From Cenococcum geophilum (lineage: Eukaryota), in assembly GCA_050273025.1 (NCBI GenBank), contig CP158635.1:22072001-22136000 (forward strand): DNA of 64,000 nucleotides, read 5' to 3'. Below, one piece after another: positions 52,296 to 64,000 of this stretch. The notes below the pieces were generated by a model, which worked only from the letters and a program-made list of their open reading frames with translations, did not search any database and was not told the origin of the DNA. Each line of letters begins with the position of its first letter. Position 1 is the stretch's first letter. A program made the translations under genes and the position numbers.

Positions 52296-55200
52296 TAGAC
52301 GCGTTAGTATATTTCTTTAGCATTTTTAGCTTAGGGGAAGATTTTAGAGTTACCTCTAGCGCTTAATCTTTTAATTAGCCTAGGTAGGGCTAGAGGGGTT
52401 TTAGTTACTTTTTAGTAGCGTTATAACCATTATAGAGGGTATCTATATTTTCCTTAGCAGTAACTATAGGTATATAAGAGTCTTTAAGCTCCTAAAGCAT
52501 CTAGGTATTAGGGCTTATTCGGCCGTCTTACCTAGAGGTTTATATTATTATAATCTCTCGCTATTAAAGGGACCTTCTTACCTTAGTGCAACGGCTTTCT
52601 ATAAGGTGCCTATGGAGTTTCTATTTAGGTCGTCGCGAGATTAAGGGAGGATAGTGGTTATAAATAAAAGACATAAATAAATAATCTGGTCCTTAAGCTA
52701 GCTGCCCTTCTAAAAAGAAGTAGGAAGGATTTATATATAAGGGGACTTTATAGATAGGGGGCTATAAGGCACAATTGTAGGAATAGAATAGATTGGTAAA
52801 AGAGACAAATCCTTAAGGAGGTAAGGCCTCTAGAATTGTAGAGACTATACACTATAGGTATATGCTTTTAATATATAACCGGCAACTATCTAATATTAGC
52901 GACTTAGTTAATCAAGATATAAGCACAGCAAGAAGGACGTGTGCAAGCCTATATAATTAGATTATCTATAAACGAGAATCTAAAGCTAAAGAAAGGAAAG
53001 GAGAAGGAGAGCAGCGCCAGTTAAAGAAGGGTTCTTTTATACGGTCCTCTAGTTACGTGACCATAAAGTTTTACCAAGTTCTGCTAGTGCCGTAACATTA
53101 CCCCCCCTCTAAAAAAGCCTACCCTTAGGCTTTGTTGCTAAAAGTCTTAGCAAGAGAATCTAACTAATTAGACAACTTTAACCGCCGGTTAAAGTTCCTA
53201 GATATCTTAAGATCTCACGTAACAAAAAAATTTCTGGGGTGTTTTTATCCTTATATTCTTTTGGTAGCTTATTATCTTTATTATACTAGCATTCTATATA
53301 CTTATCTGGGTACTTTAGCGGTCTGGGTTTATTAGGGTAATAGTTATAGAACTCCTAAAGCTTATAGGGACTACCTATAAAGTTCTATATAGGGTACTAA
53401 GTGGGGTATAAGTTATATCCCTTCTAACTAACACGATACTTTAATGTTCCCTTTATAAGTTTATAGGCCAGTATTTCTTTAATTTCCTATTTATTATCGC
53501 CATTAACTTAAATTAGTAAGGGAGGTTTATTCTTTTATCTAGGTAGTAGGTTATTTACAGCTTTCCATAGCTTATCTGGTAAGAAGATAGGGTAAACTTT
53601 AATTAAGTCTAGGAGCTTAACCTTATATAAGTTGCCTACTTTATTAAGAATTTTATATAGTCCTGCTATCTTATAGTCTAGCTTACAGCTAGGCCGTTCT
53701 ATCTTTTAGTTCTTTATTATAACCTAGACCATATTACCTATAGTAAAGTTAGGCTCGCGCCTATGCTTATTTACCTACTATTCTATTAATTTTTAGGCCT
53801 TTTTTAGGTTTATATAGGCTACTTTCTAGGCTTCTTCTAAGCGCTTAGCGTACTACTAGGCTTCCTTATAAGATAGTTTTTCGCGTACGGTCTAGGGCCC
53901 TTTTAGTCTTTCCTAGTTAAAGCTTATATAGGGTAGGTAACCCATTTCTAGTTAAATAGGGGCAAATCCAGTAGAGTTGTGGGGTAGGGTTACTTGGGCG
54001 TAGTCTATTAAGGGTAATAGTTTAGCCTAGTTATTTTAGAAGTAGTTAATAAAAGGCCGGAGTCTCTAGTCTAAGTATTAATTTATAATCTCTGTTTAAC
54101 TGTCTATCTGGGGGTAATATACCGTAAAAAGCTTTAGCTTAATACTTAGAATTTAGGTAAACTTATTCTAAAAGGCTAATATAAACTACGGCCTATAATT
54201 AGATATAATAGTATCTAATAGTCCGTAAATTTGGTAGACGTAATAGATATACAGTTAGGCCGCCTCTTTAGCATTAATATTTTTATAATAGGGAATTAAG
54301 AACGGGCGCTTGCTAAAGCGGTTAACTAAGATTATAACTATATTATATCCGTTACGGTTTAGAGGTAGCTTATAAAAGTTTATAGAGATATATTATTAGG
54401 GGCGGTTAGGTATTAGGAGGGGTTTTAATAGTCCTAGGGTCTTATCTTATAGAATTATAGACCTATAGCAGTTATTGCAGTTCCGTATATAGCGGTTAAT
54501 ATTTATAATTATTCCGGGCCAGTAGTAGCGGTTACTAATAATCCTATAGGTTTTATTTTTTTTAGAGTGGGCCGTAAAGACCTAGGTATGTGCTTTGGCA
54601 ATAAGCCGAGTCCGTAAGTTCTATTCCTCTACTACTACTAGCTGTTTATAGTGCTTAAGCAGTCCACTTTTAAGGGACTATAGGCTAGAAACGTTCTTTA
54701 CCTTTTTACGATACTCTTATAGAGAATAGGCCGTATAGTTTGCCTATAGTAGTTTATTAATAAGGTCTAGTTCTATAGAGTTAATAGGGCATATCTTAGC
54801 ATCTAAAGAGTCTGTATTTAGTTCTGCCCGTATTTAGGGGTTAAGGTACTCTAGTTATAGTAGCGCCTAAGTCTATAATAAGATCTTTACGGTTATCTAG
54901 TTATTTATGTCCTATTTACGCCTTATAAGAGCGTCCGTATAATTAGTAGTGCTAGGCCTATATATAATTAGGAAGTTAAATTAAGATAGAGTATTTGCCT
55001 AGCGCGCCTATTGGGCCGTAAGGGCCTTTATTGTTATAAAATATTATAAGGCCTTATAATTGGAAACTACCTAGATAAACTTAGGGGTGCCCTCTAGTTG
55101 GGCTCGCTAGTGCTAAAAGCTAGAGATAATAGCCAGCATTTCTTTATTGTAAATTGGGTAGTTTAGCTTAGCATTTACTATAGTCTTTAAATAGTAAGCA

Positions 55201-58200
55201 ATAGGGTACCATTCTCCGTTTATTTGCTTTTAGGAGTAAACGCTAGCTATAACGCTATCTAAGGCATCGGTTTCTAGCATTAAGGGCCGTTTTAGGTTAA
55301 AGTAGGCGAGTAAGGGAGTAGAGACCAGTCGTTTCTTAAGCTTATTAAAGGCCTGCCTATATATGGTATTAAAGTAAAAGGGCTGGTCCTTGTAGGTAAG
55401 TAGGCTTAGTAGCTAGGTAATTCTGCTATAGTTTTTAATAAAGCGTTAATAGAAGTTATAAAACCCTAAGAATAACTATACCCCCTTTACGGTCCTTAGG
55501 GGTACCTATTAGTTAATTATAGCTATCTTTTCTGGGTCTGCCTTAATTCCGCTTATACTAATAATAAACCCTAAGTACTTTATACGCTTAACACTAAATT
55601 CTAACTTTTTAATATTGGCTTGGAGGTTAGCTTCCTAAAGCCGTTATAGGACTTTATAGATATGCTCTTTATATTCTAGTTTATTTTTAGAGTAAATTAT
55701 AATATTATCCAGGTATGCTGTATAGAAGTCGTTAAGGTAGTTAAATAGTATATTATTTATATATCGTTGGTATATGGCCAGTCCGTTAGTTAGTCTAAAA
55801 GGTAGTACTTTATATTTATATATTCCGTAATAGGTCTAAAATATAGTAAGGTTTTCTAATTTAGGGTTTATCCTAATTTAGTAAAAAGCCTAGCGGATAT
55901 TAAGCTTTGTAAAGATTTTAGCTCTATTTATTTAGGCTAAAGTCTTATTAAGTAAAGGTAGTGGGTAGCGGTCTTTAAGGGTTAAATTATTAAGCTTATG
56001 GTAGTCGATATAGAAATAAAGTCCTCTATTTAGTTTTTTGGTAAAGAGAATAGGTAAGTTAAAAGGGGCTTAACTAGGCTTAATAAAGCCCTTATCTAGG
56101 TTATTAATGAGATACTACTTTATAGCCTATAATTTGGTAGTAAATTGCTGTCGGAGGGGGCTATAGCTAAGGGTAACCACCTTATCTGGCTTAATTTTAA
56201 TCTTATAGTTATATGGTTGGTAAGGCGGAAGTATATTAAACGCTACTTTAGAGAAGGTATCTTTAAATTTTTAGTATTAATAGGGCAGTTTCTATTCTAC
56301 TAGCTCCTTATCTATAAGTTTGCCTTTCTCTTAGGCTAGGGCTTCTTTCTCTTTAATTATTTAATTAATTTTATATAAGCTAGTTATAAAGGTAATAGTA
56401 TTAGGCTGAACTAGGTTCTAGTAGAATCCTATAGCGCTAATATAGCAGATATTAACTGGTGGGAGGTCCGTGGGTTTCTTTACGGATATTTAGGCCGTAT
56501 TTTGCGGTATAGGGTTTATAGTCTTCCTTAGCTTATATTCTATTTTCTATAAGTTGTCCTTCCGATCTATTAGTTTAGTATATCGTTTAATATCCCTAGC
56601 CTTCCTTTATAGCTGCGTAGGGCCTAAGTTCTCTATTAGGGACTTAGCTAGGCCACTACTAACTTCCTAAGTCTTTAGTGCGGGTAGTGTAATAAAGGTA
56701 GTCTAGGGGCGGCGTAGTATACAGATCTGTTGCGGATTAAGCTGTATATTCTTTTTAAAAGCCTAGTTCCTACGCGTCGTATCGGCCTAGTAAATAGTGT
56801 TTATCTATAGCCGTATAAGGTTTTTTATTATAATACTAATCTCTTTTATAAAGGAAGGCGTTAGGGGTATAGTTTTAGGCTAGATAAGCTGCCTATTTTA
56901 TATATTAAGCTATAAGCCTAAATAGGCTAGCTATTTTCTCCTTAAGATTATATTATAGCTTCTAAGGTCCGTAATAAGGAAGGGGACGTTATATTATCTT
57001 TGTCTATTAACGCGGAGGTAGATCCGCAAGAGAGTTATAATAGGTAGCCCTATTTATCTATTATACCCGCAAATAGGGATTAGTTTAGGTAGTTCTTTAA
57101 AGGGTGCATTTAAAAAGTTAGCTAGTTTTACCGTGTACTTTATATTAATTAAGGTAAAGATATTTGCTCCTAAGTTAGCTAAAGTAGAGGTTAAAACTTA
57201 ATATTTATTGCGGAATAAAGTATAAGGGATAGTGTAGCTTTTTCTACTAACTAGCCGACCCAGATTAATATATAACATATTAATCCCTTTTAACCCTAGA
57301 GAGGAGTCTTCCTCTAGGGTTCCTCTTTTTCTAACTTTATACTATCCTCCTAAATTAATAGGACCTTATTTATCTTTACCTTTATTAGGTAGTTCCTTAT
57401 AGGGTAGCCTAGTTAGCTATATAAGAAGTAAGCTCCTTAATCGCTAAGGGCCTATATATAGGGGTCGCTGTATATAGGCTAGGTGTATACTAAGCCCGTA
57501 GTAGGGGTAGCTACGCGGCTAGCTACTAGGTTAACTGTTGGCTAAGCGGCCGGTACTATAGGGGTTGCTAATTATACCGGGGTACTATGGGCTGTTCTCG
57601 TAGTATTTGCGGCCTAGTTTGTAAGGTTTTTAGTTTTTAGCTAATTAGCGCGTGCCTTAATGTAACGGAGGCCTTAGTTAATAGCTAGGCAATAGTTTAT
57701 AAGTTCCTTTAACGTCTATACTATAGTATAAGGTAGTAATACGGCCCGCTGTAGGTCTAGGGTAAGCTTGTTAAAGAGGTCTAGTAGTAGGTCTTTTTAG
57801 GGGATCTAGGCCTGTCCTACTAGGTATAAAAAGCGGGTTTAGAAGGCTAAAAAGGTCTCCGTTGTTTTTATGTTTAGGCTTTTATAGTTAAGGCAAGCGT
57901 TCTATACTTTAAAAGGGTCTTTATAAATAGAAGATAAGTGTTTAACTATTTCTTCTTTAAAGATAAAGGGGTCTATAGAGTCTTTAATGTATTACGGACG
58001 TAAATACGTTTAGGTATCTCCGCTAGTACGGCTAAAGATATAGGCTATTCTGGCTCGGGCGTTAGGGAAGTAGTCTATATTAACTTTAAGCTTATCCCGT
58101 AATTAAAGCTTCCAATTATTAAATATAGGGTTGGTTCCGTTTGTAAGTAGCGGGGGATCTATAACCTTTGCTGACCGCTTTAGTGCTGTATAGGCCTTAG

Positions 58201-58931
58201 TAGATCTACTAAGGCGCTAGGATAGGGCCTAAAGGACTATAGCAAGTCTTTAGTTGTTTAATAATGACTTATTATTAGATATAGGGGTATCTTTGGCTTT
58301 AAGCAGCTCTCGTAGTTGTTTAATTTCGGTATTAGCTGCCGTAAGCTCCGCCTGGGGGGTTAAGACGTTAATTATTTCCTTGTCTGAAGTATTTAAGGGT
58401 CCTATAGCTGCTTTACCTACTACTGTGTTTTATGGCATGGTAGTAGGGTTATTAGTTAATTCTAGGTAATTTCTTTAGGGGTTCTAGTCTGTGCGTGTCT
58501 TATAGGTCCTTTCCTTAGGGTTCTATTCTTTTCTTTTAGGTCCTGTCCTTATAGTTTTGGTGATGTTTTTAGGGTCTTATTCTGTATTCTTATCCTATTT
58601 ATAGTCTTGTAGATATATTTAAGTTCCTTCTTAAGAAGAAAGAGTAGAGTGAGCTTTAGATAATGTTAGTGACTTAGTTAATCGAGATATAAGTATAGCA
58701 AGAAGGACGTGTACAAGCCTATATAATTGGATTATTTATAAACGAGAATCTAAAGCTAGAGAAAGGAAAGGAGAAGGAGAGTAGCGCTAGTTAAAGAAGG
58801 GTTCTTTTATGCGGTCCTCTAGTTACGTAACCGCAAAGTTCTACTAAGTTCTGCTAGTGCCGTAATATTTAAGGGGTATTTAGGGGTTATCCTAAGGGCA
58901 ACTTAAGGTGTCTATAATAATATCCCTTATA
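52296..58931 (-). mobile_element. Gypsy A' 5' region and 5' LTR (52736-58931), with the LTR split by Gypsy D
   Basis: Reverse complement of 5331-5997; the LTR halves join across the D insertion. Confidence 0.9.
52894..58867 (-). mobile_element. Full-length Ty3/Gypsy chromovirus, family D (5974 bp)
   Basis: 204-bp LTRs at 52894-53097 and 58664-58867; TSD TCTAA/TTTAA; polypurine tract next to 53098; RT AYLD(D)II about 55700-55720; chromodomain about 53330-53500. Confidence 0.93.
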
Positions 58932-59212
58932 ATAAGATATTACAGAAGTGTTCTATAATATTAAGCTTAGAGAGACCTTACTTTATTAACCTAAGGTACA
59001 AGTAGTCTATATATTTGGGTTAGGGGGTCCTAGAATTTAAAGTCCCGCTAAGCTAGCTTTTAATTAGTTAGAGAGCCGGCTTCTAATTAGTTAGAAAAAA
59101 GGTGCGGGCGGTAAGTTATGGCAGACTCCACGTGACAAACATTAAAATATCTTAGTATTGTACCTTCCTTTTTGTTAACACCTCTATTAATACTGCTATA
59201 TATATTATAAAT

Positions 59213-61121
59213 ATGGCAAATCCTACTGTTATTAAGTATAGCAAGTGTTATATCTATAAGCCCCGCCTTAACTTTGTTAAAGACGGCCCTTTAAAAAGGC
59301 TTTTAAAGCTCTACCAGTTATATTGGTCAAAGGCGCGTTTTCCCTATATATTACTTCTACTTCTACTTACTTTTATAGGCCTCTAAGCGGAGAGCTCTTA
59401 TAGAGTTAGGTTCTACTACTAATAATTGTCCTATAAGGCACTAGCGAACTACTCTACCTAAAATTAATACTAAGAACACCTTCCTGCCTTGCGGCTAGAA
59501 CAGTTAAGATACCCCTAAAATAGCTTAATGGCGGAAGATAATTAGGGCAATATAACGGGAGTACCGTATTCTTAATCGGCGGGCTTACTTGCCTACTCCT
59601 CCGCTATATACCACAGATAAAGCTCTATATAGTAGAAGAGGCACTCTAAATAGCCTAAATACGTCCTTACTAGAACTAGCTCCTATACCTACTCTACCAC
59701 TAATATCTACTCTACTACTAATACTACCTTCCTTATAGCAAGCCCCCTCGTAGCAAGCTCCCTTATGGTAAGCTCCCTTACGGCAAGCTCCCTTACGGCA
59801 AGCTCCCTTATAGCAAGCTCCCTTACGGCAAGCTCCCTTACGGTAAGCTCCCTTACGGCAAGCTCTGACTATAACTACACTACTACCTATTTTAGCTGTT
59901 AATTGGGAGCGAATTAAGAAGTTTAGGAGTATACTATAGGCCGAATATATAGAGACGTGCAGTTGTTATAAGGAGTAGTGGTTCTAAATGGGCCTAGCTA
60001 CGGAGGGTAATAATATAGGTATATATAAAGCCTGCATTAAGGACGCTAATAGCCTTAAATATTTAACCCTTTTCCCCCTATTTGGTGAAAGCAACGGGCT
60101 CAATCTGGGGCCTATTCCTGGCTTCCTACCTATACTTACCGCGGTAGAGGAGCTTCTAATTGCGCGTATATATGTTTATCTGCAAGTCGTGCGTGTACGC
60201 GGCTAGTAACATCACTATACTAGCCACGTCTGCTACTTTGGCTAGAACACACTAAAGACTTAGAGGTAGCTACTATGGCTACCTACTAAACTTAATATAC
60301 TGGTCGTGAGGCCTATAATAGTAGAGGGTAGTAAATACCTAAGTTGGCGGTTTACTAAGCGGTATACTATAAGGCGCTCTGCTATAGTATAGTGGCTTTA
60401 CTTTTTAAAGCTTAATTATCCTAATTATCGCAATATTAAAATATATAGCACCTAGATTACTAGCTTACCCGAAAATAGCTCTATATTAAATTAGCTACCT
60501 TATATTAATAAGTCGGAGTCTAATTCTAGTAGCCCGACGGCTTACCCTACTGCTCCTATATAATGTCCTCCTACTATTAATCCTTTACCTACCGAGCTTA
60601 GCAGTAATATACTGGACGGTGAATTTAATAACAATGTACTAGATACTTTAGTTTCTAATCTAGTGCCTAACCTTAATAAATTAGAGCTTTTAAGTCGCGA
60701 GGTTTAATACTAATAAGACCTATAAGTGGGTTTAGAGGTTCCTACTATGCGACAAACACCTCTCTCTAAGCGATCAGCTAGTTTCATTATACGCGGCGCC
60801 TTTCCTACTCTGTTTCCTTATAGTAAAGCCGATTTTAATATGCCATAAAGCCGTACGGTTACCCTAGCTACGTACGCCAAGTATATGCTTAAGTATTAGG
60901 ACGGTTGGTTTAGCCACTACCCCTTATTTCGCTATTATGTGTTTAATTAGATTATAAGAGAGTAAGCCCTTAACGCTACCCGCTTCCTTTACGGCCGATT
61001 AAATAAGAATAGTCTATCTTTAGATAAGTTTAGTAATCTTATAAATGGCAATAGAGGTAGCTAGTTACTAAATAACATTATATAGTATATACGGAACCTT
61101 AAGGGTACTAGACCTTACTAG
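59213..61121 (+). pseudogene. Helitron Rep-helicase N-terminal region (DUF6570-like and Helitron_like_N-like), truncated by the Copia insertion
   Basis: LTAVEELLIAR...VRG(QQ)HHYT(G)H about 60135-60230; (Q)WL.FLKLN(HPD)Y about 60390; AFPTLFPY(G)KADFN about 60797; F(GRH)P.FRYYVFN about 60910; NLKGTRPY(W) at the junction. Confidence 0.85.
59738..59866 (+). repeat. 15-bp minisatellite GCAAGCTCCCTTACG, about 8.5 copies, inside the Helitron ORF
   Basis: Directly visible tandem array. Confidence 0.9.
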
Positions 61122-64000
61122 TGTCAGATAATGCATATAGAGCTATTTATTAATAAAATGGGTTAATTAATTAATGATCTTAATCGTGTCTTTTTCTTGG
61201 TTAACCTAGGGCCCCTAGGGCTCTATAAAGAGATTTACAAAGCACGTGCCCCGTATACGTAACTTGTGCACGTCCTACGCCACAGAGAATACAGATTATC
61301 TAATACACCCCCTTAGCTTCGACCTGGTTAAGGACGAAGCTAACCACCTTCTCGTGTCCGTCAATGCGTCAATTAAGCTGTAATCTCATCTAAATCCTTC
61401 CGTCTCGCTCTAATCTTCTCCCTTAGGTCCTCCAATTGCTTCTCCTTATTCAGCTGCTCCTTAATATCCACTATTCCAATTATATTAATGAAGCTTTAAA
61501 ACCTCTGCTTAGGCAGGGCCTTTATAAGTCCATCGGCAATTATCTCCTTCGTTACTATCTATTGAAATCGTACTCGTCTTATTGCGTATTCCTAACGTAG
61601 CTAGTATTAATAGATGTTAACGTGTCGGAGCTTCGTAATTAGCTTTACCGTATTTTCTATAATTAGTTAGAGCGTCTAGGTATTATTACATTTAATAATT
61701 AAGGGCTTATTTAGCTATAACGTTATTACTTTAAACAGCCTACTAATAAAGATAGCTTCCTTTGCTGTCTGTAATAGGGCTAATAACTTAGCTTCTGTAC
61801 TTAACGTCGTCACCATATTCTGCTTATTTGCTCTTTAGGCGATTAGTCCCCTAAATAGCTTTATAATATATCCTTGCGAGCTCTTTCTATTAATAGAGTT
61901 GTCTGTAAATAATGCATCGCTAGCATAGATAAATGATTGCGCTTTACCTCTACCGTCCCTTCTGTTGTCTCGTCCTTTGTCGCGTATTCCTTTATCTCTC
62001 CCTCTACCGTTTATTCCTTCCTTATCTCCTCTATAGTAGATTGCTCTGCTCCTCGTGCTATATAGGTACTAGATTACTCTATCTGCCATTTTATAGTGCT
62101 CTTAGCTTAGGTTCTAATTAAACCTTACCAGCCGTGATACTGTAAAAGCAATATTTAGACGCGTTATAGTGGCTATATAGAGTACTGAACCCATTTTTCT
62201 TTAATATAGTATCGTAGAAGCTAGTAGGGATTTAGGACGAACTAGTAGGTCTATATTAGGGGACGGACGCATTAGACGGATTAATTGGTAATTAATAGGG
62301 AGGAGTTTTAATTCTACTATAGGAGTATCTAGAAGACGCCCTTTAAGATCTATCTTATACTAATTAGCTATCTTCTTAATATAGGCTTCCTAGGATAGCT
62401 ATAGGAGCCTTTAGCTACAATTGCGTAGTATATAGATTCCTAGGAACCATTTTAGCTCTCTAAGGGTACTTATCTAGTATTCCTTGCTCAGCTCCTTAAT
62501 CGCTTCTTAAGCTTTCTTTTTATCTATCTTTTAGTAGTAGAAGACAATATTATTAATATAGAAGAAGACGACTATTCCACCTTTTAGTATAATGTATAGC
62601 TTTTAAGGAACCTCTTTAAAACCTAATTCGTTTAAGAAGCTCGTAAGGTTCTTTTACTATAATAGTGGTGATCGTTATAGTCCGTAAAGGGCTTTTCTTA
62701 AGCGCAGTACTTTGTCTGTCTTTCCTTTATTAAACCCTAGTAGTAGCTTTATATAGATAACCTCGTCGAGATCGCAATAGATAAACGCGTTAACTATATC
62801 TATGTCATCTCTAGGTCGAATTTTGCGGTAATCGCCATTAGGGTTTAGAAGGTCGTACTAGCTAATATAGTAGCTCTTATAGGTAGGTCTCCTGGGGCCT
62901 ATTAATTTCTATATACTACTAAGCGTGCCTTATATTTCTAAAGGAATCCGTACTTATCTGTCTTATAGACGAATACCTACATTAAGCTAAGGACCTGCTG
63001 TCCCTTTACTTACTTCTTATCTATTTCTTAAAATAACCTTATTTAATAATGAGATTGGAGATAGGCTCGTTAAGCCTCTTAGAAATAATCTTAAAGAGGA
63101 TGCGTATTAAGGTCGCGGATCGACTAAGGTAGCAGAGGTAAGTTCTTCCTTTATAATCTAACATTACGTATTTTACCTAATTTTAGCTTGCTGTCGTTAA
63201 GTTAACTATTAAGGTTAAACTTTCTTCCTGCTAAAAAGGCGCCGTAATAGGCTAAGGTAATCCTTTTAGTAATAAAGTCTTTAAACCTATTATTACAGGC
63301 TTCCTTAAATAAGTCTTTAACCAAGTTATTAAACACCCCCTAAGTGTAAAACCCATCTCCTACTCGGCTAATAATGTCCTAATTAGTACCTTATACATCT
63401 AACTTTGTTAAATACTTAACGTAAAAGGCACATAGAGATTCTTCGTCTTCTTCCGTTAGAGGTAGTGTACGATATATATCTTTAAGAGCTCTTATAAGCT
63501 TAAGATCTGCTAACTTATTAAAGGTTCGCACTAGCTTATTATCGGCGTCGTCGTCTTCCTCTTAAATTGACGGTTTAAATACTTCGTTATCGTCTTTCAG
63601 AAGGACCTTATTCTAAGTCTAGGTATTAGGAAGTTAAATCTTCTTAATTAGCGTATCTAACTCAGCGTATAGATCCTTTAAGATATCCGTTTACTTACCG
63701 TCAAAGAATATCTTTTTATTAAAGATAATATCCCTAGTAGAGATAACGATACCCTTATATAGGATCTAAATCCTATAGATATTAGTAGAGTTATAGCCGA
63801 TAAGGTAGCCGATATGGGCTTACGGATCTAGCTTGCTTAGCCTTTTCTTTTTTAGCTAGGCGTCTGACGTTATCGCGTACGCCCTATAGCCGTAGGCTTT
63901 TAGGTGCGCTAGTTGCGGCTTTCTTAATCTCCTATTAGCTAGGAAGGTATAGAACCTCTTATATAGCGATTTCCAACCGTTACTTTCCCGTAGCGTTTAA
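61122..64000 (-). mobile_element. Ty1/Copia retrotransposon, 3' part (end of integrase, RT, RNase H, 3' LTR 61122-61305)
   Basis: LTR TGTCAGATAAT...ATTATCTAATA; IADGL(T)KAL about 61515-61545; VFFY(VDD)IV about 62545-62570; LRKALYGL about 62680-62705; KLDP(R)AHIGYLIGY about 63795-63835. Integrase lies upstream of RT. Confidence 0.92.

Overview
This is a gene-free, AT-rich stretch of a filamentous-ascomycete-type genome made entirely of nested transposable elements. They are degraded by RIP-like C>T/G>A mutation, with abundant TpA and Gln/Trp/Cys codons turned into TAA/TAG/TAT. No intact protein-coding gene remains, and the supplied ORF track is mostly spurious. LTR pairs, target-site duplications (TSDs) and manual de-RIP translation resolve the nest. 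An old Ty3/Gypsy copy (family A, minus strand; 1-1558 and 52296-58931) is split by a DNA transposon spanning 1559-52295, about 12.9 kb once nested inserts are removed. That element has short TIRs (CATTAGCA...TGCTAATA), a 2-bp TSD, a RecQ-like SF2 helicase (+), a convergent DUF6589/Academ-like transposase (-), two tandem intron-containing Zn-cluster-like cargo genes and a largely RIP-spared repeat-rich right arm. It looks like an atypical AcademH-like element. Inside it sit a full-length Tad-like LINE (itself carrying a full-length Gypsy A), two inverted Gypsy B copies with an antisense spliced Zn-cluster gene, and Gypsy C. Gypsy D sits in the host LTR. The window ends with a Helitron fragment interrupted by a Ty1/Copia element. 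All protein calls come from motif recognition in mutated sequence, not from database searches.
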